In this document: piece by piece, positions 51,801 to 62,900 of the stretch | Position numbering within the stretch: the stretch's first letter is position 1 | Layout of the letters: every line of letters starts with the position of its first letter | Source of the DNA: Raillietiella orientalis | Lineage: Eukaryota | Length of the DNA stretch: 64,000 nt | NCBI GenBank assembly: GCA_036172245.1 | Contig: JAYWIR010000015.1 | Location: forward strand, 1,922,001 to 1,986,000 | Direction: 5' to 3' | Translations under genes and position numbers: made by a program | The notes under the pieces: model-generated | What the model was told of the DNA's origin: nothing | Seen by the model: only the letters and a program-made list of their open reading frames with translations | Databases searched by the model: none

Positions 51801-52698
51801 TGCTGGGCGACGACCTTTTAGAAAAAAAAAACATGCAAAGAAGCGAGCTGATGTATGTATGCTGCCTTTTGGACGGCAGCACGTGGCGATTCTTCCACTA
51901 ATCCCCCTGCACTTGAGGATGGAAGAAGGAAAGGGGGGTGAAGGGAAGAACTAGAGAGCATTACTTGGCATCGGTCGCGGGGGGTCGCCTCCGATCCTTC
52001 TGACCTTCGAGCTGTGCGGAGAAAACCCGCGAGCGGAATTCGGTCTCGGCGGCTGAAAGCGCCGGAAATCCCCGGGAGCGGGAAGAGGGGAGCACTGGGT
52101 GCTAGACGGAATTCCTTCCCGATTCGCTTCTATTCTTCTCCAGAAGGGAGGCTCAGAGGGACTTCTTCCGCTACCCATCCTCCAGGTCCGCAGATACGAA
52201 ATCAGCGGCCGGCGGCGATAGCAGCGCCAGCCGGCATCGCACGTGCTCGGAGACACGCTGAGATCCCGGGACGGGGTCGGCAGGTGCTGAATAGGTACTA
52301 AGGCACTCGTGTGCAAGACCGCCTCTGAGCGGGCCGGGTGACTCACGACGGGAAAGCGGGCGTACCTCGCGCAAGATGGAGGAGGCGGATTTCTCTGCAG
52401 CTCCCACCGCTCTCCCTCAGCTTCCGTCGCTGCTTCTTCAGCTCGGACGAGTCAAGGCGAGCGAAACGCATGCGCACGTGCCTTGGGGGGTGCGAGACTC
52501 GGGAAACATGGACGCGCGTATCGGCGGCTTCTCCTTGCCGCCGTGGGAGAAAGGGCGAGCAAAGGTGAGGGCAGCTCTCTCGCCAAAGTGAGAGGCGGGA
52601 TGAGAACCCTCGATCTGCGCCATGCGCCCGCTCGGCGCCCCTGCTCGAGTGCGCAGATCCGCGCTCGCTTGTCCGGCGGGCGTCCTTGGCTCGAAACC

Positions 52699-53392
52699 GT
52701 CCTTTGCTTGCTGGCAGCTGTCTCTCTTCTCCCATGCGGTCGAGGCATCGCGCCTTCTCGAGCGCGCAGCCGGTGCCGTCGCCCGCGAAGGTTGGCGATG
52801 CGCGCCAGCGTTCGGCGCCATTCCTGGCACCGAAGGCGCGAGCGACCGGGCGTGCCGGCTCCCTGACACGTCGCTGGGCTCTAGGCAGACGTGTTGTCCA
52901 CCTAGCGTGGAGGCCGTTCCTTGCTGGTGAGGATGCCAGTCTTCCTTCCTCCCTGCAGCCGAGGGTCGTGGCCGCGCATCCCGATCGTGGGATCCAGGCG
53001 ACGAACGACCCGTGCCAGAGATCCCCCGCTCGCACGCACATCGCGCGAGCGAATCCACGGTTTCTTCTGCCAGCGGACGCAGCATGGCGTTGTGCACGCT
53101 CGACGCGGGCCCCGACGAATCGACGGTCTTCCTGTCGGGAGTCGACCGGGAAAAGCGAGACGAAGGTCCGGTGCTCGGCACATCCGTCCCGGAGCTGACG
53201 GGAAGGGGTAAACGGGAAGGGCGTCGTCTTCCTGCGAAACGGTCGGACGCGGGGAAGGTAGGAAGAGTGGCGTTGATGGAGAAAGAGGGAGGGATCGAAG
53301 AGACGAATTGCGAATGGGGGGAAGAGGCGCGGGCCCATCAGCTTTATTCACCTCGTCTTCGATCCCGTGAGTGGTCCAGAGCGTGATATCTT
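52699..53392. repeat. GC-rich dispersed repeat, copy 2 (direct repeat of 5256-5949)
   Basis: Ungapped match to copy 1 at offset 47443; near-identical ORF translations appear in the track at both sites. Confidence 0.95.
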
Positions 53393-53419
53393 TATCGGAT
53401 GAACCCTTTTATTTAAGGT

Positions 53420-54185
53420 TCAATGGAAGTGTTATCCGCGCTGACCTTGAGGTCGAGAGAGACAGCAAATCGAGGAGTGGTGCAAGTGTTAGGGCATCAT
53501 TGCGTTCGCCAGCTTGCTCTTCCCTTTGGCGTGTGGCAACAGGAAAAATTGAACCTGCATTCATAGCTGCGGACGCGGGAAGAGAGAAGCACTACCCTTG
53601 AAAACCAAGATCACCGAATCACGGGGAGGTATTCCCTGCGGTGGGATGTTCCCGCGCTTCCGGATTTTCCTGGGTGATTCGTCTTTCCTGCCTGCGAGTG
53701 CGCCTAACAAGAATCGTCTCGAGTCTGCATGGCTGCTGCACCAGGGAACACGCACAACGGAGAAAAAGCCTCACTGGAGTGTTCCCTCGAAACATTCAGG
53801 AACAGCACTTCCGTCGTTGCTGGCTGCTCTCCTTCAAGCGGACCGATAAACAGCCGGAGGGTTCGCGACTTCCAAGGTAGCAAGGTCGAATGAAGATCCT
53901 CCTGAGATTCAGATGCTCCATAGCTGTGCTTCCCGGCAGAGCATTTACCTGATTTTGATGAAGCATCGGAGTGGAGGTCGGCATGACATCTGGTTTCCAT
54001 TTCGGAAGTGAAGCCAGCCACAGGGGGCAAAGGAAATGTGTACATGGTGAAATTGTTCGCAAGTAGTACGATGAATGCCACAGTCCGACAGCTGGTCGGA
54101 CTAGGGACAGCTTCTGCATGTCTGTCTCTGAAGACTACAAGAGACGCTCTGGAGTGACCGAGTGTCGACATGAAATGCTGGAAGG
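53420..54185 (+). pseudogene. LINE AP-endonuclease plus linker relic
   Basis: IFLGDSS (GDFN-like) and RLESAWLLHQG (L.D.WR..HP-like). Confidence 0.5.
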
Positions 54186-54239
54186 GAACCTTGATCTCAG
54201 GAACGGGACAAAACAAAGCATCGGTGCAGGAGAGAACTC

Positions 54240-55750
54240 CAGAAAAGGGCTCAGCGGTGATCCACGATCTCCAGCCTCCATACATCGGGAATGCCTACCC
54301 GTGACAAGTGATGAGGATCGGGAACAAAACCCGGAGTAGTGCTGCTTCCATTCTATAGCTCTGAGGAAACCCCGGTGATCCAACTGCGAGGAAGAGGAAC
54401 CTCTCTCACGAGGCGAACGCTTCAACCGCTCACGAAGCATCTGGGAAAGAAAATCCGGGAGCAGAAAACCCTCGAGGCTCTCCGGAACTTCCTGTTCCGA
54501 ACCGTTCCTTTTGGGGGGCTTGTCGATCGCTTCATTTGGCGCGCAGCCACTGACGTCTGCACGAGCGGTTGAAGCTGCACGTGAATTCGCCTGCCCGCAG
54601 TGGTCAGGGACCGGTTTCGCAAGGAACGGATCTCCTGGTTTTGGGATAAGCCGAAAATGGCAGGAAGGAGGCAGGACGATTCATTTTCCTTCTCCCTCTC
54701 CTGCTTTTATTCCTGGATCTCGAATATGTCGAGTGGCGCCAGCAATCTCAAGGACCAAGGGGGCGCTGCCATCACTCTCTGCTGTTGACATCGACTTGAC
54801 ACCGACAAGAGGAAGGACTTCTCGGGGACATTGCTGAAGTCTCATGGGTCCATCCATGGATCTCTTCCGTGATGAACTCGCTCTCATCTATCCCATGACG
54901 TCTTCCAGGGGATGATCGGAGCTCTGCAGACAAACTTCATCGTAGCTGCAAAGCCAAATGTGAATCTTTCGGAAAGCCATGCAGTTCTTTCGTCGGAGCC
55001 CTGGCAACCAAATCGATATCAATAATCTATGCCTGAGTGCCTCATTCTTCTGATATTGCAATCCCAGCCTTTGCGGTTTGGCTGTATTTTTTGCTCAAGT
55101 GGCACCCGTAGGGCACTCCTGCATTTATTGCTTTCGCTTGGGTCCATCCATCTTCCCGAGTCCGTGCCGCTGCCCGGGACCTCTCTGCTTGGCGAGCACA
55201 CGCACACGCATACGCATGTGCGGGGAAAGACCTACTTCCTGCTTGCAGGAAATCTGATCTCTCCTCGGTCTTTTCCGTCGCTGTCAATGTCTTGTTTCCA
55301 GAAGGATTGCGTTGCTGGCTCCACATCATCACTTTCCCGCAGGTCTGCTAGAAGCTCCTCCAGGAAATCGCTTGGGAGAATCCGCAGCAACTCTTTCGCG
55401 AGAGGCCTCACAGACGGTCCAGGGCTGACTCCTAAATGACGGTGTGTCCGGAAGGACGACATTATGCAACTAATCAAAAACACATGACCAATGGAAGTCA
55501 ACGGCATCGCCTTGCTGGATTGGCGGAAAAGACGGGTGGTGAGGCAAAAGGACTGCAAGGAGTCGTCCATCCCTTCCTCGCAGTGAGATGAGGCTTCCTT
55601 CCAGCATTTCGTGTCGACACTCGATCACTCCGGAGCGTCTCTTTTAGTCTTCAGAGACAGACATGCAGAATCTGTCCCCAGCCCGACCAGCTGTCGGGCT
55701 GTGGCATTCATCGTAGCACTTGCGTACCATTTCGCCGTGTATACGATTCT
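54240..55750 (-). pseudogene. LINE linker plus RT relic, inverted relative to 53420-54185
   Basis: GVSPGPS (KSPGPDG-like), INAGVPYGCHLS (GV.QGCPLS-like), SYDE; 55597-55745 is an inverted copy of 54038-54185. Confidence 0.6.
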
Positions 55751-55869
55751 TCAGAGACCTTGTCGAGTGTTTCTGCGGCACCGAGTGTTACTTTCTTTGT
55801 CCACGTTCGGGATTCTTTCTCTTTTGGGGAAGGTCGCGACAGCCTGGTGGTCAGTTTACTCACCCTAAC

Positions 55870-56606
55870 AACATCCGGCACCTTCCTTTAAGATGCGACG
55901 GTAGGTCAAGGCGGATACTCTGCTGCAGCTCCTGATCCCTGTTTCCTTCTTGACGGCTCCTTGGATGATGTTCATCGCAGGCGCTATCGCTCCAGTGTTC
56001 CGGATCTATACCCTTCTTGTCACAATGCTCGCGATGAAGAGGGCGATGGTGATGCAAAACGAGGTCGCCATCTTCATTTTCGTGTGCAGGCCGATCACCG
56101 CCTTCAGAGTTGTCCAATTCTGGCGCATAGTCGGGCGGGTGGAAGCCTGAAGCTGGGATTCCCTGTCTCCTCGTGCCATGCGGAGCTCTTCTTGACTTCT
56201 GTCCGTCTAGTGCTTCAGTCTGGGAGCTACTCGTAAAAGCCTCCGTGGTAGTACATCAGGAGGTCATCCTAAGTGTTCGGTGGTAGGTCACTCCTCCACC
56301 TCGTATTGCCGACCGCTAGCAGGCTGACGTTGTCGCCCTTGTGCAGTGAGTGATCTTGTTTTTTCTTATCCTTCATTTCCTCGCGGATGTTGGCCCTGGT
56401 GATAAGGGAGAGCGCATTCGTTGTTCGATGTTTCCGGAGCTCGCTGCGGCTGAATCTTCCGATCATTTTCGCGACGATGCAGCGCTGCAGCCGCATTCTG
56501 TTGCCATCGCCACTGATGGCGAGTTGCTCGCAGTCACGAGTCCTCATTCCTGGCCTCTGGATCATACATTTCCGGGTCTCTCGAGGGACCCCTATGAAAT
56601 AGGGAG
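55870..56606 (-). pseudogene. Tx1-like LINE family B, ORF2 C-terminal relic
   Basis: Near-identical inverted copy of 24537-25083, continuing into TIALFIASIV. Confidence 0.85.
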
Positions 56607-56961
56607 AATCCCTCCCTCGTCGGCGGCCAGGACCGTGGCGCCACCTTCCTCGCAGCAGCAAGCTGCGCGGCGCGGCGGTCCGCTCCGCGGCTGGTGGTGG
56701 CGCATGACGTCTCGAGAAGACAGCAAAGAGCGCACATCGCCTGTCATCCGGATCGGTTTTCGTGGTGAGCACAGCCGACGAGCGGCTGTGGCTGAAGATC
56801 GTTGCGAGGAAGGTGGCGCCACGGTCAAGGTGGCCAGAATCGCCCAGGATGCTCTGCAGCATGCCGGTGAACCCCGCTCTTCCTCATGTCGTCCCCACTA
56901 CTGCCCTTCCATCGCCAACTCTCCTTATCCTCGACGAAAATTCCGTAAATTGGGTTCGACC

Positions 56962-57092
56962 CCTAACCTAACTTACTGCCCTATTTTACCTGAGCTATCT
57001 CAACCTAATCTACGTGATCTAACCTGATCTATCTTATTTAACCTGACCGTACCTGACTCAACCTGCCTAACCTAATCTAACCTACCTAACCC
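56962..57092. repeat. Degenerate (CCTAA)n / (TTAGG)n tract
   Basis: CCTAACCTAAC...CCTAACCTAATCTAACCTACCTAACC. Confidence 0.75.
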
Positions 57093-57099
57093 ATCTTAT

Positions 57100-58050
57100 G
57101 CAGGACCGACTGGACCAAGGGCATTCCTCCTCGGTGCTCCAGAACGGGGGACGCGCCTCCACTGTCCACGTTTTTTGTTGCTGCAAATGGGTTTTCGCCG
57201 AGCAGCCGGATGATAAATCTCGACAGGGATCGGGAAATCCTCCTCGCTTCTCAAGGTCAAGGACCTCGCTTCCAACAAAATTAATGGCTGATGACGGCGA
57301 AACGGCCAGTAACGTCGAAGCCCGGCACGAAAAAAATTGGGGCAGGGAGTTCCAGTCGTGTGGCCTTTTGGCTGGAAATGAAGCGAGACGAACTCCGCGC
57401 AGGAGCAGAACAAGGCGCGCCGACCGCAGATCCCAGCAAAAGGGGCTGAAGACGGGGAAGGGACGCGGGGAGGCAGCAAGAGCTGCGAAGGGGAACGTCG
57501 GAAGCAGTCCGTGGTCCCGGGGGCGAGTCAGCGCGCAAACAATGGATGACGGGAAATGCTTTTGACCTCGAAAAGATTAGAATGGGTTCAAGAACCATAC
57601 CGGACAGAGGGAGGTGCGTAAGGACCCCTGAGGGCTCCGGGTGCCAGATCGAATGCACAGCGTGCCCCCAAGTTCTTCTCAGGATGAAACCTCGCCAAGG
57701 GCGCGTCGAGTCCACCGTTGAGCAAGCGAAGGATGCGATCGACAGCCTTGACATCGCCAATGCAGCAGAGCCGACTGGCTGAACTTTGAGATGAAAACTT
57801 TTGAAAAGATGCGGGGAAAGAAGAGGTTGGAACAAGGGACGCAACTCGATCTCCTCGAGAGAAAAACAGATCTTTTTCCGGAATTCAATAGAAGCAAATT
57901 AGGAGCAAGGAAGATCCAAGAGATTTTTTTTTTGTTTCCTGCTCCTTCCCATCCACACCTTCCTTCGAATGAGCGCATCTCTGATTCGAGTTTCCGCCAA
58001 ACAGGAAACACTCTTTCCCTTCAAGGGAACCGAAGACTCGTGGATTGCTT
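57100..58050 (+). pseudogene. hAT-like (DUF659-type) transposase relic (tentative)
   Basis: W/MADDGETASNVEARHEKN (W.SIDETTD.EGR.V.N-like), AKDAIDSLDIANA and ERISDSSF...L...NRR (ERSFS...L...RR-like). Confidence 0.4.
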
Positions 58051-58414
58051 TTTCACCGTCGGATCAGCTCGCCTCCGCGTGTGAGGGAAGGCTACCGTGA
58101 TGACTCAGACGACACTGGGACCGGATGTAGGAAAGTCAGGAAGACAAAGAAACGCTCCATCAAACCCGCCGTCTGGGGCCTCCGCGAGCGGAAATTCTTC
58201 CAGCATCCCTTGATTTGCCCCGCGAGTTTTCGCTTCGTTGGAATCGTCAGCACAAGAACATGGTTCCCTCTTTCCGTGGCAGGTGAGTTCAGCGACTTCC
58301 TCGTACCAGCGAAAACTCGATCCGAAGAAGAGGCGAAGCAAAAATCCTATCCCCTCTCCGACCCTTCTCCGGGATGTTCTTACAGACCAGTTCTTACTCC
58401 GACCCTTCTCCGGG

Positions 58415-58456
58415 ATGCTTACACTCCACCTGTCGCGACAGGTGGAGTGTAAGCAT
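58415..58456. repeat. Perfect 42-bp palindrome without a loop
   Basis: ATGCTTACACTCCACCTGTCG|CGACAGGTGGAGTGTAAGCAT; preceded by a 21-bp direct repeat (58356-58376, 58397-58417). Confidence 0.98.
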
Positions 58457-59149
58457 ATTCAATTAAATAGTTGGTGATTAATTAGATACTTTACTTTACA
58501 TCGGAGGATTAACTCTTGATGGAACCAGGTTGAATGCAAGAGACACATGCATCACGCGGATAGACATAGCATGGTAGATCGCCCCCGTACGACACTGTGG
58601 ATAAATTTCCATCTTGTGGCTCTGTGTCAGTTCAGCCGTTTCTGGAAAAAAAAAAAACACGCACACGTGATGGAATCTGAGACAGTATTAAGGCAGGGTT
58701 TAAAGAACTTGAAATCTATTTTGTCCACATTTCTTGATTACAATGGCGTGAGAAGATACATTTGCCAACAACGAGTATGATGGAGCCGAAACTATAGGAT
58801 GGATCAAATTGATTAGGTATTAGGAAAACTAAAAGTTTTTTTTTTTTTTTTATTTCAAGCCAAAGAATAATTACTTGAAGCTGAAGAATGAAGGACACTT
58901 TTACTAAAGTGGCATAATACATATCCCATTGTCCTGAGGTTGAAGGCACATTTTATGTGCTTTATAAGCATTACGACTTTATCCAATGGGCCATGGCCTC
59001 CCGTGACTCCATATCCCCCGCATCGTACTGGAGCAGGCACTCGTAGAATCTAAAGTACACAAATCAGACACTGTATAACCTAAGAAAGGTTTTACAGTCA
59101 TTCCCTGATTTCATATATTAAGAAGTGGAAATCAAATTCCGACTCTGTT

Positions 59150-59950
59150 TTCTGGAAGGGTGCAAGCAGCTGTAGATCAGCGAGCGGTTGCCAAAGTGTT
59201 TTTCGAAACCTTCATGCAAAGACATCCAAGATGGAAGACGTGAACGGATTCGACGAGGTAGAGACACCGGGTGGTTTCAAAATCCCCTTCACCTCCGTCC
59301 TTCAATGAAAGGTGAGGGATCGAATGGACCAAATCTGCTTGTTGGGGGAATACCCCACTTTCCAGAATTTCGCAAACGAGGAAGGAAATCGAATGCCTAC
59401 CAGTGTGGTCCGAGGTCCTGGGAGCCAACAGAGCTCCAGACAGTTTTTTCATCGCAGAACGCAAAACCTGTCTGGGGATCTATCTGTCAATGGATTCATC
59501 AGTTTTGTTACTTATTCAAATGTTCAAAGCGACAGTGCCAGCTGCAAAGATTGCTCTCATTTATCATCTGGGCACGAAACTCTTGGAAAGCAGCCGAGAA
59601 CCACTCGGCAGAAGCTCGAAAACACTTGCTCGAGGAAAAATGGTTCCTCTCTATTCGAAAATTCCAGAAATCTCAATCAAATCTTCTTTTTCCAGATTCC
59701 TCTTTTTTTTTTGCGATCAACCTTTCCTGCATTTTGCAGGAGGCACTACTCATACTCAACTCGAGATGGTGAAGCAGTGTAGAGAAAATCAACTACACCT
59801 GGATGCACGTAGATTCTTGATGGCTTTAATTTCTTTCAATTTTTTTTTTTTTTAAGGGAAGTGGTGGAAGATTGAGCTGCTTGTTTAATTTGTCTTCAAA
59901 TAGAAGTGGGCTAGGAAACGCTGCTACGGGTCTGGAAAATTCCGTTCGAA
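59150..59950 (+). pseudogene. MULE/Mutator transposase relic (tentative)
   Basis: GNRMPTSVV...SRQFF, CKDCSHL (GC.FH-like) and PFELDQWK (FP...WN-like). Confidence 0.35.
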
Positions 59951-59979
59951 TTAGACCAGTGGAAATGAAGTAAAGAGTG

Positions 59980-62900
59980 AAAGAGAAAAAAGCATTCAAG
60001 GGCTGTCTGAAATCTGAAGCAGCACCAGAGATGAGATCATCTCTGTATCAGAAAAGCTGTCTGAATAAAATGCAGGAAGCTCTTTGACCTTCTAGCTTCG
60101 TGGATGGCACTCGCGACTGCCTGTAAACAGCACTTTCTCGTGGGAAGCTGACAAAGGAAGATTTGCTCTTACAAGCACTGCCTGAATCTCTCCGGAGTTC
60201 AGCAGGAACTTTACTGTTTGAACAGGAAGGGTTCTTCAGTTTATCTTTTGTTCTGCTTGGAGGAGGTGATCTGGAACCCAACTCGTACTACAAGAATGCT
60301 ACAGAGTACTGTGAAAAGCGTGACATCTTCATAGAATGAGAAGGTGTGCCGTGAGAAAGATGACTTTCTAGGAACCGAGGGCAAAGAGCAAAGGTTTTTC
60401 AAGCTACTTAGCAGAGATAACTTTGAACTGATAGAAAGCCTTATAGACTGACAGAGAAATTTCAAATGCATTCCACGTATATACACTTGAGGAGCAGCTC
60501 TTGAGGATCCAGAAATAATCAGTCTATGATGCATCCGGAGTTTTTCAGATCAGTCAGCATGCTGGCGTAGCGGAAGGGATACCATCAAGACAAAGTGATA
60601 AAAGTATGCATCTTGAGCATCCTCGCAGAGGACGGCGGATTTTAGCATAAAGCATCCACTTCTTTCTGAAGACTCAATGTTTTCTTTTTTTCTTTTTCTT
60701 TTTTTTACTTCTGTGACTTAAGTGCCTTTCCAAAGGAAGTCAATCTCTGCAGTGTTTGCATTCTGCTATGTGGATTGACTGCAGCCCAACTGGTAGAACA
60801 AATCGTTGCTGCAATCGGTAGGCTCGCATCGTGAGTTTTCTGGTATTCCTGCTGGCACACGTTCTTAAGGGCAATACCGGGTTGCTGGAACTTTCCCTGA
60901 CGACCAGCATGAAGATGCCGGGTTCTTTGCGAGCGAATTGTAGGAAGCCATTGTGAAAACAAAAGCATGCCTGCAGGTTCTTTCTTCTTTCATATAGATC
61001 GATAGAGATATGCATGTCGATATGGGTGTGCATATAGATGGATACAGATATAGATGTGGGCATAGCCATTTGTTGAATCCTCTCTCACCTAACCACGCAG
61101 TTCCTCAATCCACTCCAGTAAATCATTTATTTTAGAGAATCTCAAATGATTTTCTGAGATAATTATCTGAAACGATACATAAGGAAGAAATGAAGTGCAG
61201 AAACTAAAATGGTCGCTTTCTTTTCTTTTTGAGGTGATGATGTTGAGGATCTAATTACTCTGTATGTCGGTTTTGGTACTTGGGACGAAGTTACTAGTGC
61301 TAAAGTATGATGAGCTCTTAGAGACCTTGAATTCGGACCTTGAGGAAAATCGGAGTGAGCCCCTTCTTTCTCTTACTTTCCAAGCTGATGCTTCTCGTGA
61401 GATGAAAGCAGACATTGAAAAAGCGTACAGCATTGCTTGCAGAAGGTGAATAGCTTCCGATGGTTGACGCACAGGGTTCTCATTATGCTGTAGCTTTCTG
61501 ATGAACTCTGAACATATCAACCTGCATTCGGTCACAGCTTCCAAAATCTCCCCGTAAATGGTCCGCTTGTTGTTCCCTTGATACGCAAAAAAGTTTCATT
61601 CCAGATTCCACGTTCCACAGGACTGGACCTGGCTGGATTAAAAAGTTTAATTTCATATGAATTTTTCTCGATTCCTGACACACCCTCTATCATGGATCTG
61701 CTAAATTGGTGGAGGACCAATCGGCAAACGAAAGTTCCGCTAAAAAGCGTCAGTGAGGCACGTTCTTTGCGAGCTTCTCCTGCCTCATCGATTAAATTGG
61801 AAACACATCTGCCCACTTCACCACTACGCGTCATGCGATGCTCCTGACCCGTCAACATCCCGCCTGAACCGACAGAACTCTCCTTTTTTTCCCTTCAGCC
61901 CCTGTGAGGGAACTTCGACGAGTAGTTCGATATGCTGGTAATCCTCATCTTGTTGTTTGTATCCATGGATCACTACGCTCCGTCGTGACCGGGTAAGGCT
62001 GATTGACCAACTGACATCAGTGTGGCAGGGACACCGAGAGTCTATGGTCTAAAGGAAGAAGAGCCTCGAGAAGAACAGAATCCCGCTGAAAATTTTCTGG
62101 TGGAGAAACCACCATAACGGTCGACAGCTTCACCTTTGGCAGCAACATGAGGAGAAAATTTAAGTCCGGCGTGAGAGCATTGCAGAGAGAACACGCATGG
62201 CAATCCCTAGTCCAAAAACACATTAGTGCATGCCCCGCACATTGCGTGGCAAGCACCACGCTTCAGGCTTCTTCCTCACCAATAGAGAATACCTGAGGTT
62301 TCAGGACTACAGATTCATCCACGCAGCCCCACTAAGCGCCCTACCAGGGCTGAGCCCGAGATGAAACCAGAACAACGCGCATGTCGGCGCAGCCAGACTG
62401 AAGACGAAACGGTGTCTCACATGTTAAGCAGATGCAGGAGGCACAATCATTTGCCCATTGGGTTGGCTGAGGCAAAGTGGACCCTAGTGTTCACTAACCA
62501 GAGCTCTAGGAACGAACTCCCTCTTGAGACCGGACTTAGCGATGTAGAGAGGAAACCGGATCATAATGCTGTACGTCTGCTGCCCGTACGAGATTGGAGG
62601 AGAGGCATTCAATACAGCTAGGAGGAGAAAACAGGAAAAATGCAAGGAAATAGCCCTTCAGCTAAGCAGAGGGAGGAAGCAATGCAGAGTTCATGCTTTC
62701 CTCGTTGGCTTCTGACGTCTGGGATCCAGGTAACGAAGAAGTGCTGCAGAATCTTGGAATTCCGAAAAAGCACTTGGTGACGATGGGGAACCTCATGATG
62801 GCTCCATGCATACGGTACTCCGGCGACATCTATTCAGCTCGCGTCACACGAAAGATCGACAATCAGATGCATCCGGAGTACTGCAGAGATCAGCTCTCTC

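Noticed and set aside
5256..53392. Direct repeats as LTRs of one 48-kb retroelement
   Set aside because: No TG...CA termini, PBS, clear PPT or TSD; the interior is an old heterogeneous mosaic, inconsistent with ~99% identical LTRs.
57288..57325. CTGATGA...GAAAC as a hammerhead ribozyme core
   Set aside because: Only 4 non-pairing bases separate the two core motifs, and I could not build stems I and III; it lies within the hAT-like coding relic.
57362..57373. GGCCTTTTGGCT match to the U2 snRNA 5' region (Utopia target)
   Set aside because: Only 12 nt, no flanking U2 similarity, and 4.6 kb from the Utopia-like relic.
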